DNA of 44,643 nt, taken from positions 1-44,643 of the forward strand of contig CAZZXB010000005.1 in NCBI GenBank assembly GCA_964658025.1, given 5' to 3'. A program made the translations under genes and the position numbers. Positions 8,802 to 18,646 of this stretch are shown here, piece by piece. Numbering within the stretch: position 1 is the first letter of the stretch; each line of letters starts with the position of its first letter. The notes beneath the pieces were generated by a model that did no database searches, was not told the DNA's origin, and saw only the letters and a list, made by a program, of their open reading frames with translations. Source of the stretch: an uncultured Janthinobacterium sp. GTDB taxonomy: Bacteria; Vulcanimicrobiota; Vulcanimicrobiia; Vulcanimicrobiales; Vulcanimicrobiaceae.

Positions 8802-10178
8802 ATGAACCGCGTCGCGTTCGTTTCGCTCGGATGCGCGAAGAATCTCGTCGATTCCGAAGTGATGATCGGCAAACTCGGCGCGGCCGGCTGGGAACTCGTC
8901 CCCGACGCCGCCGACGCCGAAGCCGTCGTCATCAACACGTGCGCGTTCATCGACCCCGCGAAGGCCGAATCGACCGATACGATCCTCGCGCACGCGGCGG
9001 AGAAGAAGCCCGGCCAACAGTTGATCGTCGCCGGCTGCCTCTCGCAACGTTTCGGCGAGGAACTCCGCGCGCTCGTCCCCGAGATCGACGGCGTCGTGGG
9101 TACGGGCGCGTACGCCTCGATCGTCGAGGTGTTGGAAGAAGCGCGGGCCGGGCTCGCGCCCGTGCGGCTCGATTTCGAAGCCGAACCCGAGCACGACTTT
9201 CTTCCGCGGCTCGTCACGACGCCGCGCGCGACCGCGTATCTCAAGGTCGCCGAGGGCTGCGACCATCCGTGTACGTTCTGCATCATCCCGCAGTTGCGCG
9301 GCGGATTTCGCAGCCGTTCCCACGAGTCGGTCCTCAAGGAGGCGCGCGCGCTCGTCGCCGCGGGGACGCGCGAACTCATCCTGATCGCCCAGGACACCTC
9401 GATGTACGGCCGCGATCGCGGCGAGCGGCAGGGCGGGCTCGCGACGTTACTGCACGAGCTGAGCGAGATCGACGACCTCGCGTGGATCCGACTCCTGTAC
9501 CTCTATCCGGCGACCGTCGACGACGCGCTGATCGAGGCGATCGCGACGCTCCCCAAAGTCTGCACGTACATGGACATGCCGCTCCAGCACGCGCACCCCG
9601 AGGTGTTGCGCGCGATGCGTCGGCCGTCGAACGGCGAGCGCTATCTGGAGATCATCGCCGAGTTCCGGCGCCGCGTCCCCGGCATCACGATGCGCTCGAC
9701 GTTCATCGTCGGCTTTCCGGGCGAGACCGACGAGCACGTCGCGTATCTCGAGGAATGGATCGCGCGTGCGGAACTCGATCGCGTCGGCTTCTTCACCTAC
9801 AGTCGCGAGGACGGGACGCCCGCGGCCGAGCTCGGCGCGATCGTCCCCGCGAAAACGAAACGCGCGCGGCTCATCCGTCTGCGCGAGGCGCAGCGGCTCG
9901 CGAGCGCGCGCGCGCGCGCGAAGCGCGTCGGACGCACGGAGCGCGTGCTGGTCGAGGAGTTGCGCACGTTCCGGCGGACCGATCCCCTGCGCGGCGCGCT
10001 CGGGGCGCCGCGCGCGTGGGTCGGCCGCTCGATGGGCGAAGCGCCGGGCGTCGACGGCGGGATCTACTTCACGGGCGACGCGGAGCCGGGCGAGTTCGTC
10101 TCGGTCACGCTCGACGGAGCGACGGCGTTCGATTTTCACGGAACGCTCGTCCGCGTTCCGGAACTCGTGGGAGCGTAG
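8802..10178 (+). CDS. rimO: Ribosomal protein S12 (uS12) methylthiotransferase RimO (radical SAM + TRAM)
   Basis: 'MNRVAFVSLGCAKNLVDSEVMIGKL', radical-SAM 'EGCDHPCTFCIIP' and a C-terminal TRAM-like domain. Alternative in-frame starts are GTG at 8763 and GTG at 8790. Confidence 0.9.
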   Translation: MNRVAFVSLGCAKNLVDSEVMIGKLGAAGWELVPDAADAEAVVINTCAFIDPAKAESTDTILAHAAEKKPGQQLIVAGCLSQRFGEELRALVPEIDGVVGTGAYASIVEVLEEARAGLAPVRLDFEAEPEHDFLPRLVTTPRATAYLKVAEGCDHPCTFCIIPQLRGGFRSRSHESVLKEARALVAAGTRELILIAQDTSMYGRDRGERQGGLATLLHELSEIDDLAWIRLLYLYPATVDDALIEAIATLPKVCTYMDMPLQHAHPEVLRAMRRPSNGERYLEIIAEFRRRVPGITMRSTFIVGFPGETDEHVAYLEEWIARAELDRVGFFTYSREDGTPAAELGAIVPAKTKRARLIRLREAQRLASARARAKRVGRTERVLVEELRTFRRTDPLRGALGAPRAWVGRSMGEAPGVDGGIYFTGDAEPGEFVSVTLDGATAFDFHGTLVRVPELVGA

Positions 10179-10184
10179 GCGAGC

Positions 10185-11528
10185 GTGAGAATCGTCCGAA
10201 ACGCCGCCGTCGGCTTCGCGTTACTCTTGGGAATCCTCGTCGGGATCGTCGCGACGCAGGCGATCGTCCAGCGTCGCGCCCCGACGGACGTGATGGCCGA
10301 TTACGGCGCGCCGTTCGTTCCGTCGCCGCAACAACTGTTCCACAAGGACCGTATCGCGCTCTTACTGCTCGGGATCGATTACAGTTACAACGCCAAGGAC
10401 ATCGAGTATTCGACGAACGCGCGGACCGATACGATCAAAGCCGTTGCCCTGAACTTCCCGAATCCGAAGTTGCCCGCGGGCTCGATCGCGATCCTCTCCG
10501 TGCCGCGCGACACCGATTACACGTACGAGAACGGTCGCGAAGACAAGATCAATTCCGTCTACACGGGATATACGGATCAGCACAAGGCGGCGACGGCGAC
10601 CGAGGCCGCGGTATCGCGATTCCTCGGCATGCCGCCCTTCGATCGTTACGTCACCTTACGGATCGACGCGACGAAGGATCTCGTCGACGCGATCGGCGGG
10701 ATCGACGTCGTTCCCGACGAGACGATGAACTACGACGACAATTGGGGGCACCTGCACATCCATTTCGTCGGCGGCAAGAAGTATCACATGAACGGCGATC
10801 AAGCCGTGTCGTACAGCCGCTTCCGACACGACGCGTGCAGCGATCCGTGTCGGATCAAACGTCAGGACCAGATCATCCGCATCACGATGGCGAAGCTCAA
10901 GAGCGATAAGTTCAACGATCTCGTCCACATCACGTCGCTCATCGACGTCGTGCGCAAGAACGTCTACACGAACCTGACGCAGCAAGAGATCCTGAGCCTC
11001 GCCTGGTCGATGCAACACGTCGATCTCAAGACGAACGTGCGGACGGATCAGGTGCCGTTCCTCTCCGACAAAGAACTCTCGTGTTGCGGCGACGTCGTCG
11101 TCGCCGACGACGCGGCGAAGGCCGCGCTCGTCAAGAAGATGTTCCTCGACTCGCCCTATCCGCTTCCGGCGCCCAACGCCGCCGCGGTCGCCTCCGTCGT
11201 GCCGTCGCACGTCCGCGTCGACGTCGAGAACGGCTCGGGCTTGCGGGGTCAGGGCGCGCTCCTCGCCGGGATCTTGCGCAAGGCGGGCTTCGTCGTGAGC
11301 TCGGTCGCGAACGCCGCGACGTTCGGCTACGAGGACACGGAGATCGACGTCCATTCCGCGACCGAACCCCTCGCGGGCGAGCGCGTCCGCGACGCGCTCG
11401 CGCTCAAGACCGCGACGATCCGTCCCGACGCGAAGCCGACGGTCGCGATGCCCGTCACGAGCGACGTGACGGTGATCGTCGGTCGCGATTTCGCTTCCGT
11501 CCACGCGGAGCGTCAGGCGTATCGCTAA
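10185..11528 (+). CDS. LytR-CpsA-Psr (LCP) family protein with a C-terminal LytR_C-like domain
   Basis: N-terminal TM helix, 'LLLLGIDYS...NARTDTIKAVALN', 'ILSVPRDT' and 'LRIDATKDLVDAIGGIDV'. The C-terminus 'VRVDVENGSGLRGQGALLAGILRKAGFVV' is LytR_C-like. Confidence 0.85.
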   Translation: MRIVRNAAVGFALLLGILVGIVATQAIVQRRAPTDVMADYGAPFVPSPQQLFHKDRIALLLLGIDYSYNAKDIEYSTNARTDTIKAVALNFPNPKLPAGSIAILSVPRDTDYTYENGREDKINSVYTGYTDQHKAATATEAAVSRFLGMPPFDRYVTLRIDATKDLVDAIGGIDVVPDETMNYDDNWGHLHIHFVGGKKYHMNGDQAVSYSRFRHDACSDPCRIKRQDQIIRITMAKLKSDKFNDLVHITSLIDVVRKNVYTNLTQQEILSLAWSMQHVDLKTNVRTDQVPFLSDKELSCCGDVVVADDAAKAALVKKMFLDSPYPLPAPNAAAVASVVPSHVRVDVENGSGLRGQGALLAGILRKAGFVVSSVANAATFGYEDTEIDVHSATEPLAGERVRDALALKTATIRPDAKPTVAMPVTSDVTVIVGRDFASVHAERQAYR

Positions 11529-11571
11529 CGCCGGACGGCGCGGTCCGCTCGCGGCCGTCGTCGCGCTCGTT

Positions 11572-12354
11572 TTGATCGCGGCCGTTTTTTTCGGCGTGCG
11601 GCACGTGCTCGAAGCGCCCGTCGTTCCGGCGATCGTCGCGCGCGACGCGAACGCGCACCGTCTCCTGTCGCGTTCGCTCGCCGCGCACGTCGAGCGTTTC
11701 TTCAAGGAGCGTTCGCACGGCGATCGGTCGCATCGCCCGCGGCTCGTCGCGCTCACGTTCGACGACGGTCCCTATCCCGTCGACACGCCGCTCTTACTCG
11801 ACGCGCTCCGCGACCTGCACGTGCCGGCGACGTTCTTCCTGATCGGCGACGACACGGAGCTCTTCCCCGCGCTCGCCGAGCGCATCGAGCGCGACGGCGA
11901 CGAGATCGCGAACCACACGCAGACGCATCCGGCGAATTTCGACGCCCTCTCGCCGGACGCCGTGCGCGACGAGTTGCGCGCGGGGGCCGCGACGCTCGAA
12001 CGCTACGTCCGCGATCCCGCGATCGCCACGATGATGCGGCCGCCGCACGGCCGCTTCACGGAGGCGACGGTCGAGGCCGCGCAGTCGGTCGGCTATCACG
12101 TGATCCTGTGGAACGACGATCCGGGAGATTGGCGCGCCGTCGCGACCCCGACGGTCATCGACGACCACGTCGCGAAATACGCGACGGCCCCCGATATCCT
12201 GTTGCTCCACAGCGGCCGCATCGCGACGATCGACTCGCTCCCGCCGCTCGTCCGGCGTTTCCGCGCGGCCGGTTTCCGATTCGTGACCGTCGGGGAAATG
12301 ATGCGCGAGGTGCCGGTCGCCGAAATCGTGCATCCCGAAAAACTTCCGCTGTAA
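11572..12354 (+). CDS. Polysaccharide deacetylase (NodB homology / CE4 family)
   Basis: 'VALTFDDGPYP', 'HVPATFFLIGD', 'DGDEIANHTQTHP' and 'RPPHG'. TTG at 11572 is the first canonical start. The in-frame upstream codons continue a TM-like helix (see findings). Confidence 0.85.
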   Translation: MIAAVFFGVRHVLEAPVVPAIVARDANAHRLLSRSLAAHVERFFKERSHGDRSHRPRLVALTFDDGPYPVDTPLLLDALRDLHVPATFFLIGDDTELFPALAERIERDGDEIANHTQTHPANFDALSPDAVRDELRAGAATLERYVRDPAIATMMRPPHGRFTEATVEAAQSVGYHVILWNDDPGDWRAVATPTVIDDHVAKYATAPDILLLHSGRIATIDSLPPLVRRFRAAGFRFVTVGEMMREVPVAEIVHPEKLPL

Positions 12355-12372
12355 TCCCGAAAGGTCGCATCC

Positions 12373-12573
12373 ATGAGTCGTCAGATGATCCGCACCGACC
12401 GTCACGGTCTCGCGAAGTCCACGGCGGTGCGCTTCGCCGCGATCTGCACGGTCGTCGCGGTTCTCGTGCTCGTTCTCTTCCTCGGGCTCTCGAAGGCGAA
12501 GGGCCCCGATTCCGTCGACGTTCCGACGACCTCGGGATCGGCGATGGGGGCTCCGTCGCCCGAGACGAAGTAG
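12373..12573 (+). CDS. Hypothetical small single-pass membrane protein (66 aa)
   Basis: ATG preceded by GAAAGG. One clear TM helix 'AVRFAAICTVVAVLVLVLFLGL'. Third codon positions are mostly G/C, as in genuine genes here. No recognisable family. Confidence 0.4.
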   Translation: MSRQMIRTDRHGLAKSTAVRFAAICTVVAVLVLVLFLGLSKAKGPDSVDVPTTSGSAMGAPSPETK

Positions 12574-12671
12574 CTCCGATCGAAGACCGAGCGGCGAGCG
12601 ATCGCAGGCGGCGGGCGGAGAGCGTCGAGCGTTCCGTCGTCGCGCTGCGCGAATCGCGCGAGGCGCACGAC

Positions 12672-14189
12672 ATGCTCGCGATCGTCGCGCGCGGCATCGG
12701 GCGCGAGTTCCGCCGGAACTGCGTCGCGTACGAGTTGCGCGATCGACGGTTCCGGCCGGTCGCGGCGAGCGAGAGTTCGGGCGAGCGCGTCGCGCGCCCG
12801 ACCGATAACTTCGATCTCGACGTCCTGCGCTTGCGCGTCGTCGTGCGGCGCGGCACCGAAGACCTGATCGCGGTCGCATCGGAGGGTCAGGTGCTCGCGA
12901 TCTTCGTGCTCGAGAACGCGACGATGCCGCTCACGGACGACGACATCCGCTACCTGCGGACGCTCGTCGGCCACCTCGCGCTCGCGCTCTCGAGCGCGTT
13001 CGCCTTCGAGCAACTCCGTCGCTACGCGGCCGAAGGCGCCGCGCTCGTCGACGCCGCGCGGACGATCCTCGGCGTCACCGAAGTCGAACCGCTCGTGCAG
13101 ACGCTCTGCACGCTCGTCATGCGGCTCGTCTTCGCGCAGTTCGCGGGCGTCTACGCGCGACGCGGCGAGACGCTGCGTTTGCTCGGATCGGCCACGGCAC
13201 CGGGCGCCACGCTCGCCGGCCCGAGCGAACTCCCGCTCGAGGATCTCGCCGCGCGCGCGGCGCTACGCGAGGCGTTCAACGCGCACGTTTCGGTCAACCG
13301 GCTCCTCATCGGCGCGGGCGAGAGCCTCGAAGCGCAACCGGGTTTTCTCGTCGTCTCGCGGCCGCAACCGTTCGAACGGCAGGAGCAACGACTCGTCGAC
13401 GCCCTCGTCACCCTCGCCGCGCTCGCGATCCGCAACGTGGAACTCTACGAACGCGCGGTGCTCGCGTCGCGCGCGCTCGCCGAGAGCAACGCGTTCAAGG
13501 ACGATCTCATGGCGATGTTCGCGCACGATTTTCGCGGCCCGCTCACGGTCATCTCGGGCTTCTCCGAACTCTTGCTCGAAACGGACGACCCCGGCACGAA
13601 ACGCAACGCCGAAACGATCATCGAGCAAACGCGTCGGCTCGCGAAACTGAGCGAGGACGCGCTCGCGCTCGCGGCCACGCAGAGCGCCGGATTCTCGCTC
13701 CAGCGGACGGCCGAGGATCTCGCCGCGTTCGTCTGCGAGGCCATCGCGCCGCTCGAGCGGGCGACGGGTCGCCTGACCTTCGTCGCGCCCGAGACGGACG
13801 TCGTCGTGCCGTTCGACCGCTCGCGCTTGCGACACGTCATCGACAACGTGGTCGGCAACGCGCTCAAGTACTCGACCGGAATGGTGACCGTGCGGGTTTT
13901 GGGTGACGCGATCGAGGCGCGCGTCGAGGTCTCCGACGACGGGATCGGCGTTCCGGCCGCGGAGGTCCACCGCATCTTCGAGCGCTCCGGCCGAGCGACG
14001 AACGCCCGTTCGCGCGGGATCGCGGGTTCGGGGATCGGGCTCTACATCGCCAAGAAGATCGTCGACGTCCACGGCGGTCGCCTCGAAGTCCGAACGATCG
14101 AAGACCGGGGGAGCACCTTCGTCATCTCGCTCCCCGTCGAGGTCGCCGTCGCCTCGGTGATCGCTCCGGAAGCTCCGGTTCCGAGCTGA
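12672..14189 (+). CDS. Sensor histidine kinase with N-terminal GAF-like domains (cytoplasmic; no TM segment seen)
   Basis: H-box 'FAHDFRGPLTVISGFSELL', N-box 'DNVVGNALKYS', G1 'DDGIGVP' and G2 'GSGIGLYIAKKIVDVHGG'. The start is set at the first ATG (12672) after the small ORF. The track ORF from 12108 is an Arg-rich extension overlapping the deacetylase gene. Confidence 0.85.
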   Translation: MLAIVARGIGREFRRNCVAYELRDRRFRPVAASESSGERVARPTDNFDLDVLRLRVVVRRGTEDLIAVASEGQVLAIFVLENATMPLTDDDIRYLRTLVGHLALALSSAFAFEQLRRYAAEGAALVDAARTILGVTEVEPLVQTLCTLVMRLVFAQFAGVYARRGETLRLLGSATAPGATLAGPSELPLEDLAARAALREAFNAHVSVNRLLIGAGESLEAQPGFLVVSRPQPFERQEQRLVDALVTLAALAIRNVELYERAVLASRALAESNAFKDDLMAMFAHDFRGPLTVISGFSELLLETDDPGTKRNAETIIEQTRRLAKLSEDALALAATQSAGFSLQRTAEDLAAFVCEAIAPLERATGRLTFVAPETDVVVPFDRSRLRHVIDNVVGNALKYSTGMVTVRVLGDAIEARVEVSDDGIGVPAAEVHRIFERSGRATNARSRGIAGSGIGLYIAKKIVDVHGGRLEVRTIEDRGSTFVISLPVEVAVASVIAPEAPVPS

Positions 14190-14245
14190 CCCTCGGAGGC
14201 GGTGGCCGAAAACGGCGCCGGAGGCGGTGTGATCGGAGGCGGCAA

Positions 14246-14267
14246 TCGGAAGCGGCGCCGCTTCCGA
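14246..14267 (+). terminator. Perfect 22-nt palindrome TCGGAAGCGGCGCCGCTTCCGA between the histidine kinase stop and secA
   Basis: Read directly from the sequence, 57 nt after the kinase stop and 48 nt before the secA ATG. It could be a terminator or an operator; there is no U-tract. Confidence 0.4.
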
Positions 14268-14314
14268 GGTAAGAAGCGGAACCCCGAGGCGAGGGCGAAC
14301 GGTTCTAGGTAGCC

Positions 14315-17011
14315 ATGGCCTTTCTCAAAACGCTCTTCGACGGCAACGAACGCGAAGTCAACCGCTTGCGCCGTACGGTCGAAGCGACGAACGCGCTCGA
14401 ACCCGAGATCTCGAGCCTCTCCGACGCCGAATTGCAGGCGAAAACGCTCGAATTCCGAGGTCGTCTCGAGGGGCTCGACAAGGCGGCCGCGCGCGCGGCG
14501 CTCGACGAGATGCTCCCGGACGTGTTCGCGGTCTGTCGCGAAGCCGGAAAACGCGTGCTCGGGATGCGCCATTTCGACGTGCAGCTGATGGGCGGTCTCG
14601 TCCTCCACGAGGGCAAGGTCGCCGAGATGAAAACGGGCGAGGGCAAGACGCTGTGCGCGACGCTCGCGGTCTACGCGAACGCGCTGCTCGGACGCGGCGT
14701 GCACGTCGTGACCGTCAACGACTATCTCGCGCGTCGGGACGCGGAGTGGATGGCGCCGCTCTACAATTTTCTCGGGCTCTCGGTCGGCGTGATCCAGCAC
14801 GATCTCGCCCCGCCCGATCGCCGTCGCTCCTACGGCGCCGACATCACGTACGTGACCAATAACGAAGTCGGGTTCGATTATCTGCGCGACAACATGGCGC
14901 TGCAACTCGACGACATGGTGCAACGCGAGCTCTTCTACGCGATCGTCGACGAAGTCGATTCGATCCTCATCGACGAAGCGCGCACGCCGCTCATCATCAG
15001 CGGCCAGGGTCAGGACGCGACCGAATTGTACGGAAAATTCGCGAAGATCGCGCCGCGTCTGATCAAGGACGAAGATTTCACGGTCGACGAAAAAGCGCAC
15101 GCCGTCCCGATCAGCGAGAAGGGCGTGACGAAGGTCGAGCGGATGCTCGGCATCACGAACCTCTACGATCAGCGCAATCTCGAACTGACGCACCAACTCA
15201 ACGCCGCGCTCAAGGCGTGGAATCTCTTCCACCGCGACCAGCAGTACATCGTCAAGGACGACGAGGTCATCATCGTCGACGAGTATACCGGTCGGCTCAT
15301 GTACGGCCGCCGCTACTCCGACGGCATCCATCAGGCGATCGAAGCGAAGGAAGGCCTCTCGGTCCGTAGCGAGGATCAGACGCTCGCGACGATCACGTTC
15401 CAGAATTACTTCCGGCTCTACGAAAAGCTCGGCGGCATGACCGGTACGGCGAAAACCGAGGAGCGCGAGTTCCGCGACATCTACGGTCTCGATTGCGTCG
15501 TCATTCCGACGAACCGGCAGATCGCGCGCTCCGACATGGGCGACATCGTCTACAAGAGCGAGAACGCGAAGTTCGAAGCGGTCGTCGACGAGATCGTCGC
15601 CGAGCACGCGAAGGGGCGCCCCGTGCTCGTCGGCACGCGCTCGATCGAGAAGAGCGAACGTCTCGCCGCGATCCTGCGTCGGCGTGGCGTGACGTGCGAG
15701 GTGCTCAACGCGAAGTATCACGAGCGCGAGGCCGAGATCATCAAGGATGCGGGTCAAGCCGGCGCCGTGACGATCGCGACGAACATGGCCGGACGCGGCG
15801 TCGACATCAAGCTCGGCGAGAACGTCGCCGAGACGGGCGGCCTCCACATCATCGGCACCGAGCGGCACGAGTCGCGCCGGATCGACAACCAGTTGCGCGG
15901 TCGCGCCGGCCGTCAGGGCGATCCCGGCTCGACGCGCTTCTACGTCTCCCTCGAAGACGAGGTGATGCGGTTATTCGGTCAGGAGCGGATCAACGGGATC
16001 ATGAATCTCGTCGGATTCACCGACGAGACGCCGATCGAAGCGAAGATGATCTCGCGTTCCTTCGAACGCGCGCAGTCGAAGGTCGAGACGCACAACTACG
16101 AGATCCGCAAACACGTCCTCGAGTTCGACGACGTGATGAACAAACAACGCGAGGTCATCTACGACGAGCGTCGCAAGATCTTGCGCGGCGAATCGCTCCG
16201 CGATTTCATGCTTCAGTCCTTGACCGATAAGGTCGAGCAGGCCGTCGATCGGAGCGCGCCCGAGAACGTGCATCCCTCCGAGTGGGATCTCGAGGAGATG
16301 CTGAACGAGATCGAACTCGTGTTCCCGATCCGCGAACGCGTGTCGGTCGAGGCGCTCGAGAAGCTCGATCGCGAAGGCATGAAGGCCGCGCTCGCCGACG
16401 CGGCGCTCGCGGCGTACGAAGCGAAGGAGGCGGAGTTTCCGCCGGAGATCGCGCGCGTCGTCGAGGCGCAGTTCATCATGTTGCCGATCATCGACCGGCT
16501 GTGGGTCGACCATCTCTACGTGATGGACGCGCTCAAGACGGGGATCGGTCTGCGCGGCTACGGTCAGCGCGATCCGCGCGTCGAGTACGAAAAAGAAGCC
16601 TACGAGATCTTCGAAGATCTCAAGAGCAACATCGCGGACGAAGCGATCAAGGCGTGGTTCCGCGTCGAGTTCGAATTCGGCGATCCGAACGAAGCGGGGT
16701 CGCCCGAAACGGGAGAGACCGGCTCGAACGGGATGCCGAGTTTCGAGGCGCTCCCCGCCGGCGCGCTCGCGCCGCCGCCGGCGCCCGCTCCCGTCCCCGA
16801 ACCCGCGGGGGTCGCGCGCCTCGATCCGGTTTCTGCGATGCAGTTACTCGGGCCGCCGCCCGGCGCGAACGCGCGACGCGAACTCCACACCAATCTCGGC
16901 AACGACGAGCCGAAGAAGCCGACGCGCGGTGAGGCGAAAGTCGGACGCAACGATATCTGCCCCTGCGGATCCGGGAAAAAGTTCAAGCGCTGCCACGGTG
17001 TCACGGCTTGA
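14315..17011 (+). CDS. secA: Preprotein translocase ATPase SecA
   Basis: '[18 protein letters not shown]', Walker A 'MKTGEGKTL', '[11 protein letters not shown]', DEAD-like '[22 protein letters not shown]' and the C-terminal zinc-binding tail '[14 protein letters not shown]'. 898 aa. Confidence 0.97.
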   Translation: MAFLKTLFDGNEREVNRLRRTVEATNALEPEISSLSDAELQAKTLEFRGRLEGLDKAAARAALDEMLPDVFAVCREAGKRVLGMRHFDVQLMGGLVLHEGKVAEMKTGEGKTLCATLAVYANALLGRGVHVVTVNDYLARRDAEWMAPLYNFLGLSVGVIQHDLAPPDRRRSYGADITYVTNNEVGFDYLRDNMALQLDDMVQRELFYAIVDEVDSILIDEARTPLIISGQGQDATELYGKFAKIAPRLIKDEDFTVDEKAHAVPISEKGVTKVERMLGITNLYDQRNLELTHQLNAALKAWNLFHRDQQYIVKDDEVIIVDEYTGRLMYGRRYSDGIHQAIEAKEGLSVRSEDQTLATITFQNYFRLYEKLGGMTGTAKTEEREFRDIYGLDCVVIPTNRQIARSDMGDIVYKSENAKFEAVVDEIVAEHAKGRPVLVGTRSIEKSERLAAILRRRGVTCEVLNAKYHEREAEIIKDAGQAGAVTIATNMAGRGVDIKLGENVAETGGLHIIGTERHESRRIDNQLRGRAGRQGDPGSTRFYVSLEDEVMRLFGQERINGIMNLVGFTDETPIEAKMISRSFERAQSKVETHNYEIRKHVLEFDDVMNKQREVIYDERRKILRGESLRDFMLQSLTDKVEQAVDRSAPENVHPSEWDLEEMLNEIELVFPIRERVSVEALEKLDREGMKAALADAALAAYEAKEAEFPPEIARVVEAQFIMLPIIDRLWVDHLYVMDALKTGIGLRGYGQRDPRVEYEKEAYEIFEDLKSNIADEAIKAWFRVEFEFGDPNEAGSPETGETGSNGMPSFEALPAGALAPPPAPAPVPEPAGVARLDPVSAMQLLGPPPGANARRELHTNLGNDEPKKPTRGEAKVGRNDICPCGSGKKFKRCHGVTA

Positions 17012-17101
17012 CGTGTTGCGTCTAGCGTAACGCGCTAAACGCGCCGGACGCTCCCGCTCGCGGTCGGCGCCCGGCGTCGGTCTTTCGAGGAGTCCGCAAA
17101 C

Positions 17102-18640
17102 TTGAGTTCCGCCGCCGTCGTCGTCGAATCGCCGGCACCGGTCGAGGTCCCCGAACTCTCGATCGAGATCGCGGACGGCATCTCCCTCACGAAGGTCGTC
17201 GTGATGGTCGCGGCGTTGATCTCGTTGTTCATCGATCAGTCCTTCGCGGCCGTGTACGGCGCGATCGCGAACTACGCGAGCGGAACGCTCGGCGCTTCGG
17301 CCGACGAGTTCTCGTGGGCGACGATCGGGTACAGCGCCTGTTATTGGACCGTCATCCTGCTCTCGCCGTGGCTCGTGCGGCGCTACGGGCGGCGCGGCGT
17401 GTTCGGATACGGCCATGCGTTCTTCGGCGTCACGTCGTTCTACTTAGCGATCACGACCTCGCTACACGGGTTCATCATCGGTCGCGCTATCCAAGGGATC
17501 GCGCAGGGCACGTTCTTCGTCTGCTCGGTCGCGACCGTGCTCACGCTCTTCCCGCCGAAATATCGCGGGATCACGTTTTCGATCTTCTCGGTGACGTCGC
17601 TCTCGGCCGCGGCGTCGGGATCGTTCGTCGGCGGATGGTTCATCGATCACGAATATTGGCGCGGCGCGCTCGCGCTCTACGGCGTCCTCGCGACGATCGC
17701 GGGCGTCATCGTCGCGCTCCTCCTCCAAGCGCCCGCGCCCGATCGCACGGCGCCGCACGACTGGCGCGGCGTGGAGCTCGTCTTCGTCGCGTTTTTCGGC
17801 TACCAGTTCGTCGCCGCGTTCGGCGAGCGGCGCGATTGGTTCGGCGACGAATCGATCGTCTCGTTCGCGCTTCTGGGCGTCGCGGGCTTCGTCGCGTTCG
17901 TGTTCTGGGAACTGCGCCGGGGCGAGGGCTCGTTCATCAAGCTCGGACTCTTCAGTACGGGGAATCTCGCGGTCGGGAGCATCCTCGGTTTCTGCCTCGG
18001 CTCGCCGCTCTTCGGCGCGAATACGTTCTTGCAGTACGCGCAGAGCGTGCTCGGCTTTCCGCCGTCGACCGCGGGGGCGCTCTTGACGCTGCGGATCATC
18101 GCCGTCGTCGTGGTCGCGCCGACCGCGGTGATGCTCGTGAGTTTCGATAAGATCGACGTCAAGGTCCCCGTCGCGATCGGGTTCGCGCTCGTCCCGCTCT
18201 CGTACGGCATGCTCGCGTTACAGACGACGTACGTCTCGCACTTCTGGGTCTTCGGTGCGGCGCTGATCATCTCGGGAGCGGGCTTCGCGTGCCTGTTTTC
18301 GCCCGTCGCGAACGTGACGATCCGTTCGCTCCCGCAGGCGCAGGCGTCGCAGGGCATCGCGATCTTCAAGATGAGCCTGCTCATCGGTGGCTCGATCGCG
18401 TCGACGGCGCTCGGCGTGCTCTACGATCACGATTTCGCGAGTTACCAATCGCTCTTGCGCGGCGGCGCGTCGCTCGCGCATCTGCAGGAGGTGGGTACGA
18501 CGATCGCGCCGATCGCGTACGCCGGACTCGTCTCCGCGCAAGCCTCCGTGCTCGCGTTCGCCGATAATTCGAAGTGGATCGCGCTCACGTCGGTCCTCGC
18601 GTTGCCGCTCGTGCTCTTCCTCAAGAAGCCTCCGGCGTAA
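17102..18640 (+). CDS. MFS transporter, DHA2 (EmrB/QacA-like, about 14 TMS) family
   Basis: 512 aa with about 14 hydrophobic segments. 'LVRRYGRRGVF' is an MFS loop 2-3 motif and 'GRAIQGIAQG' is also present. TTG start as given by the track. Confidence 0.82.
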   Translation: MSSAAVVVESPAPVEVPELSIEIADGISLTKVVVMVAALISLFIDQSFAAVYGAIANYASGTLGASADEFSWATIGYSACYWTVILLSPWLVRRYGRRGVFGYGHAFFGVTSFYLAITTSLHGFIIGRAIQGIAQGTFFVCSVATVLTLFPPKYRGITFSIFSVTSLSAAASGSFVGGWFIDHEYWRGALALYGVLATIAGVIVALLLQAPAPDRTAPHDWRGVELVFVAFFGYQFVAAFGERRDWFGDESIVSFALLGVAGFVAFVFWELRRGEGSFIKLGLFSTGNLAVGSILGFCLGSPLFGANTFLQYAQSVLGFPPSTAGALLTLRIIAVVVVAPTAVMLVSFDKIDVKVPVAIGFALVPLSYGMLALQTTYVSHFWVFGAALIISGAGFACLFSPVANVTIRSLPQAQASQGIAIFKMSLLIGGSIASTALGVLYDHDFASYQSLLRGGASLAHLQEVGTTIAPIAYAGLVSAQASVLAFADNSKWIALTSVLALPLVLFLKKPPA

Positions 18641-18646
18641 ACGGAG

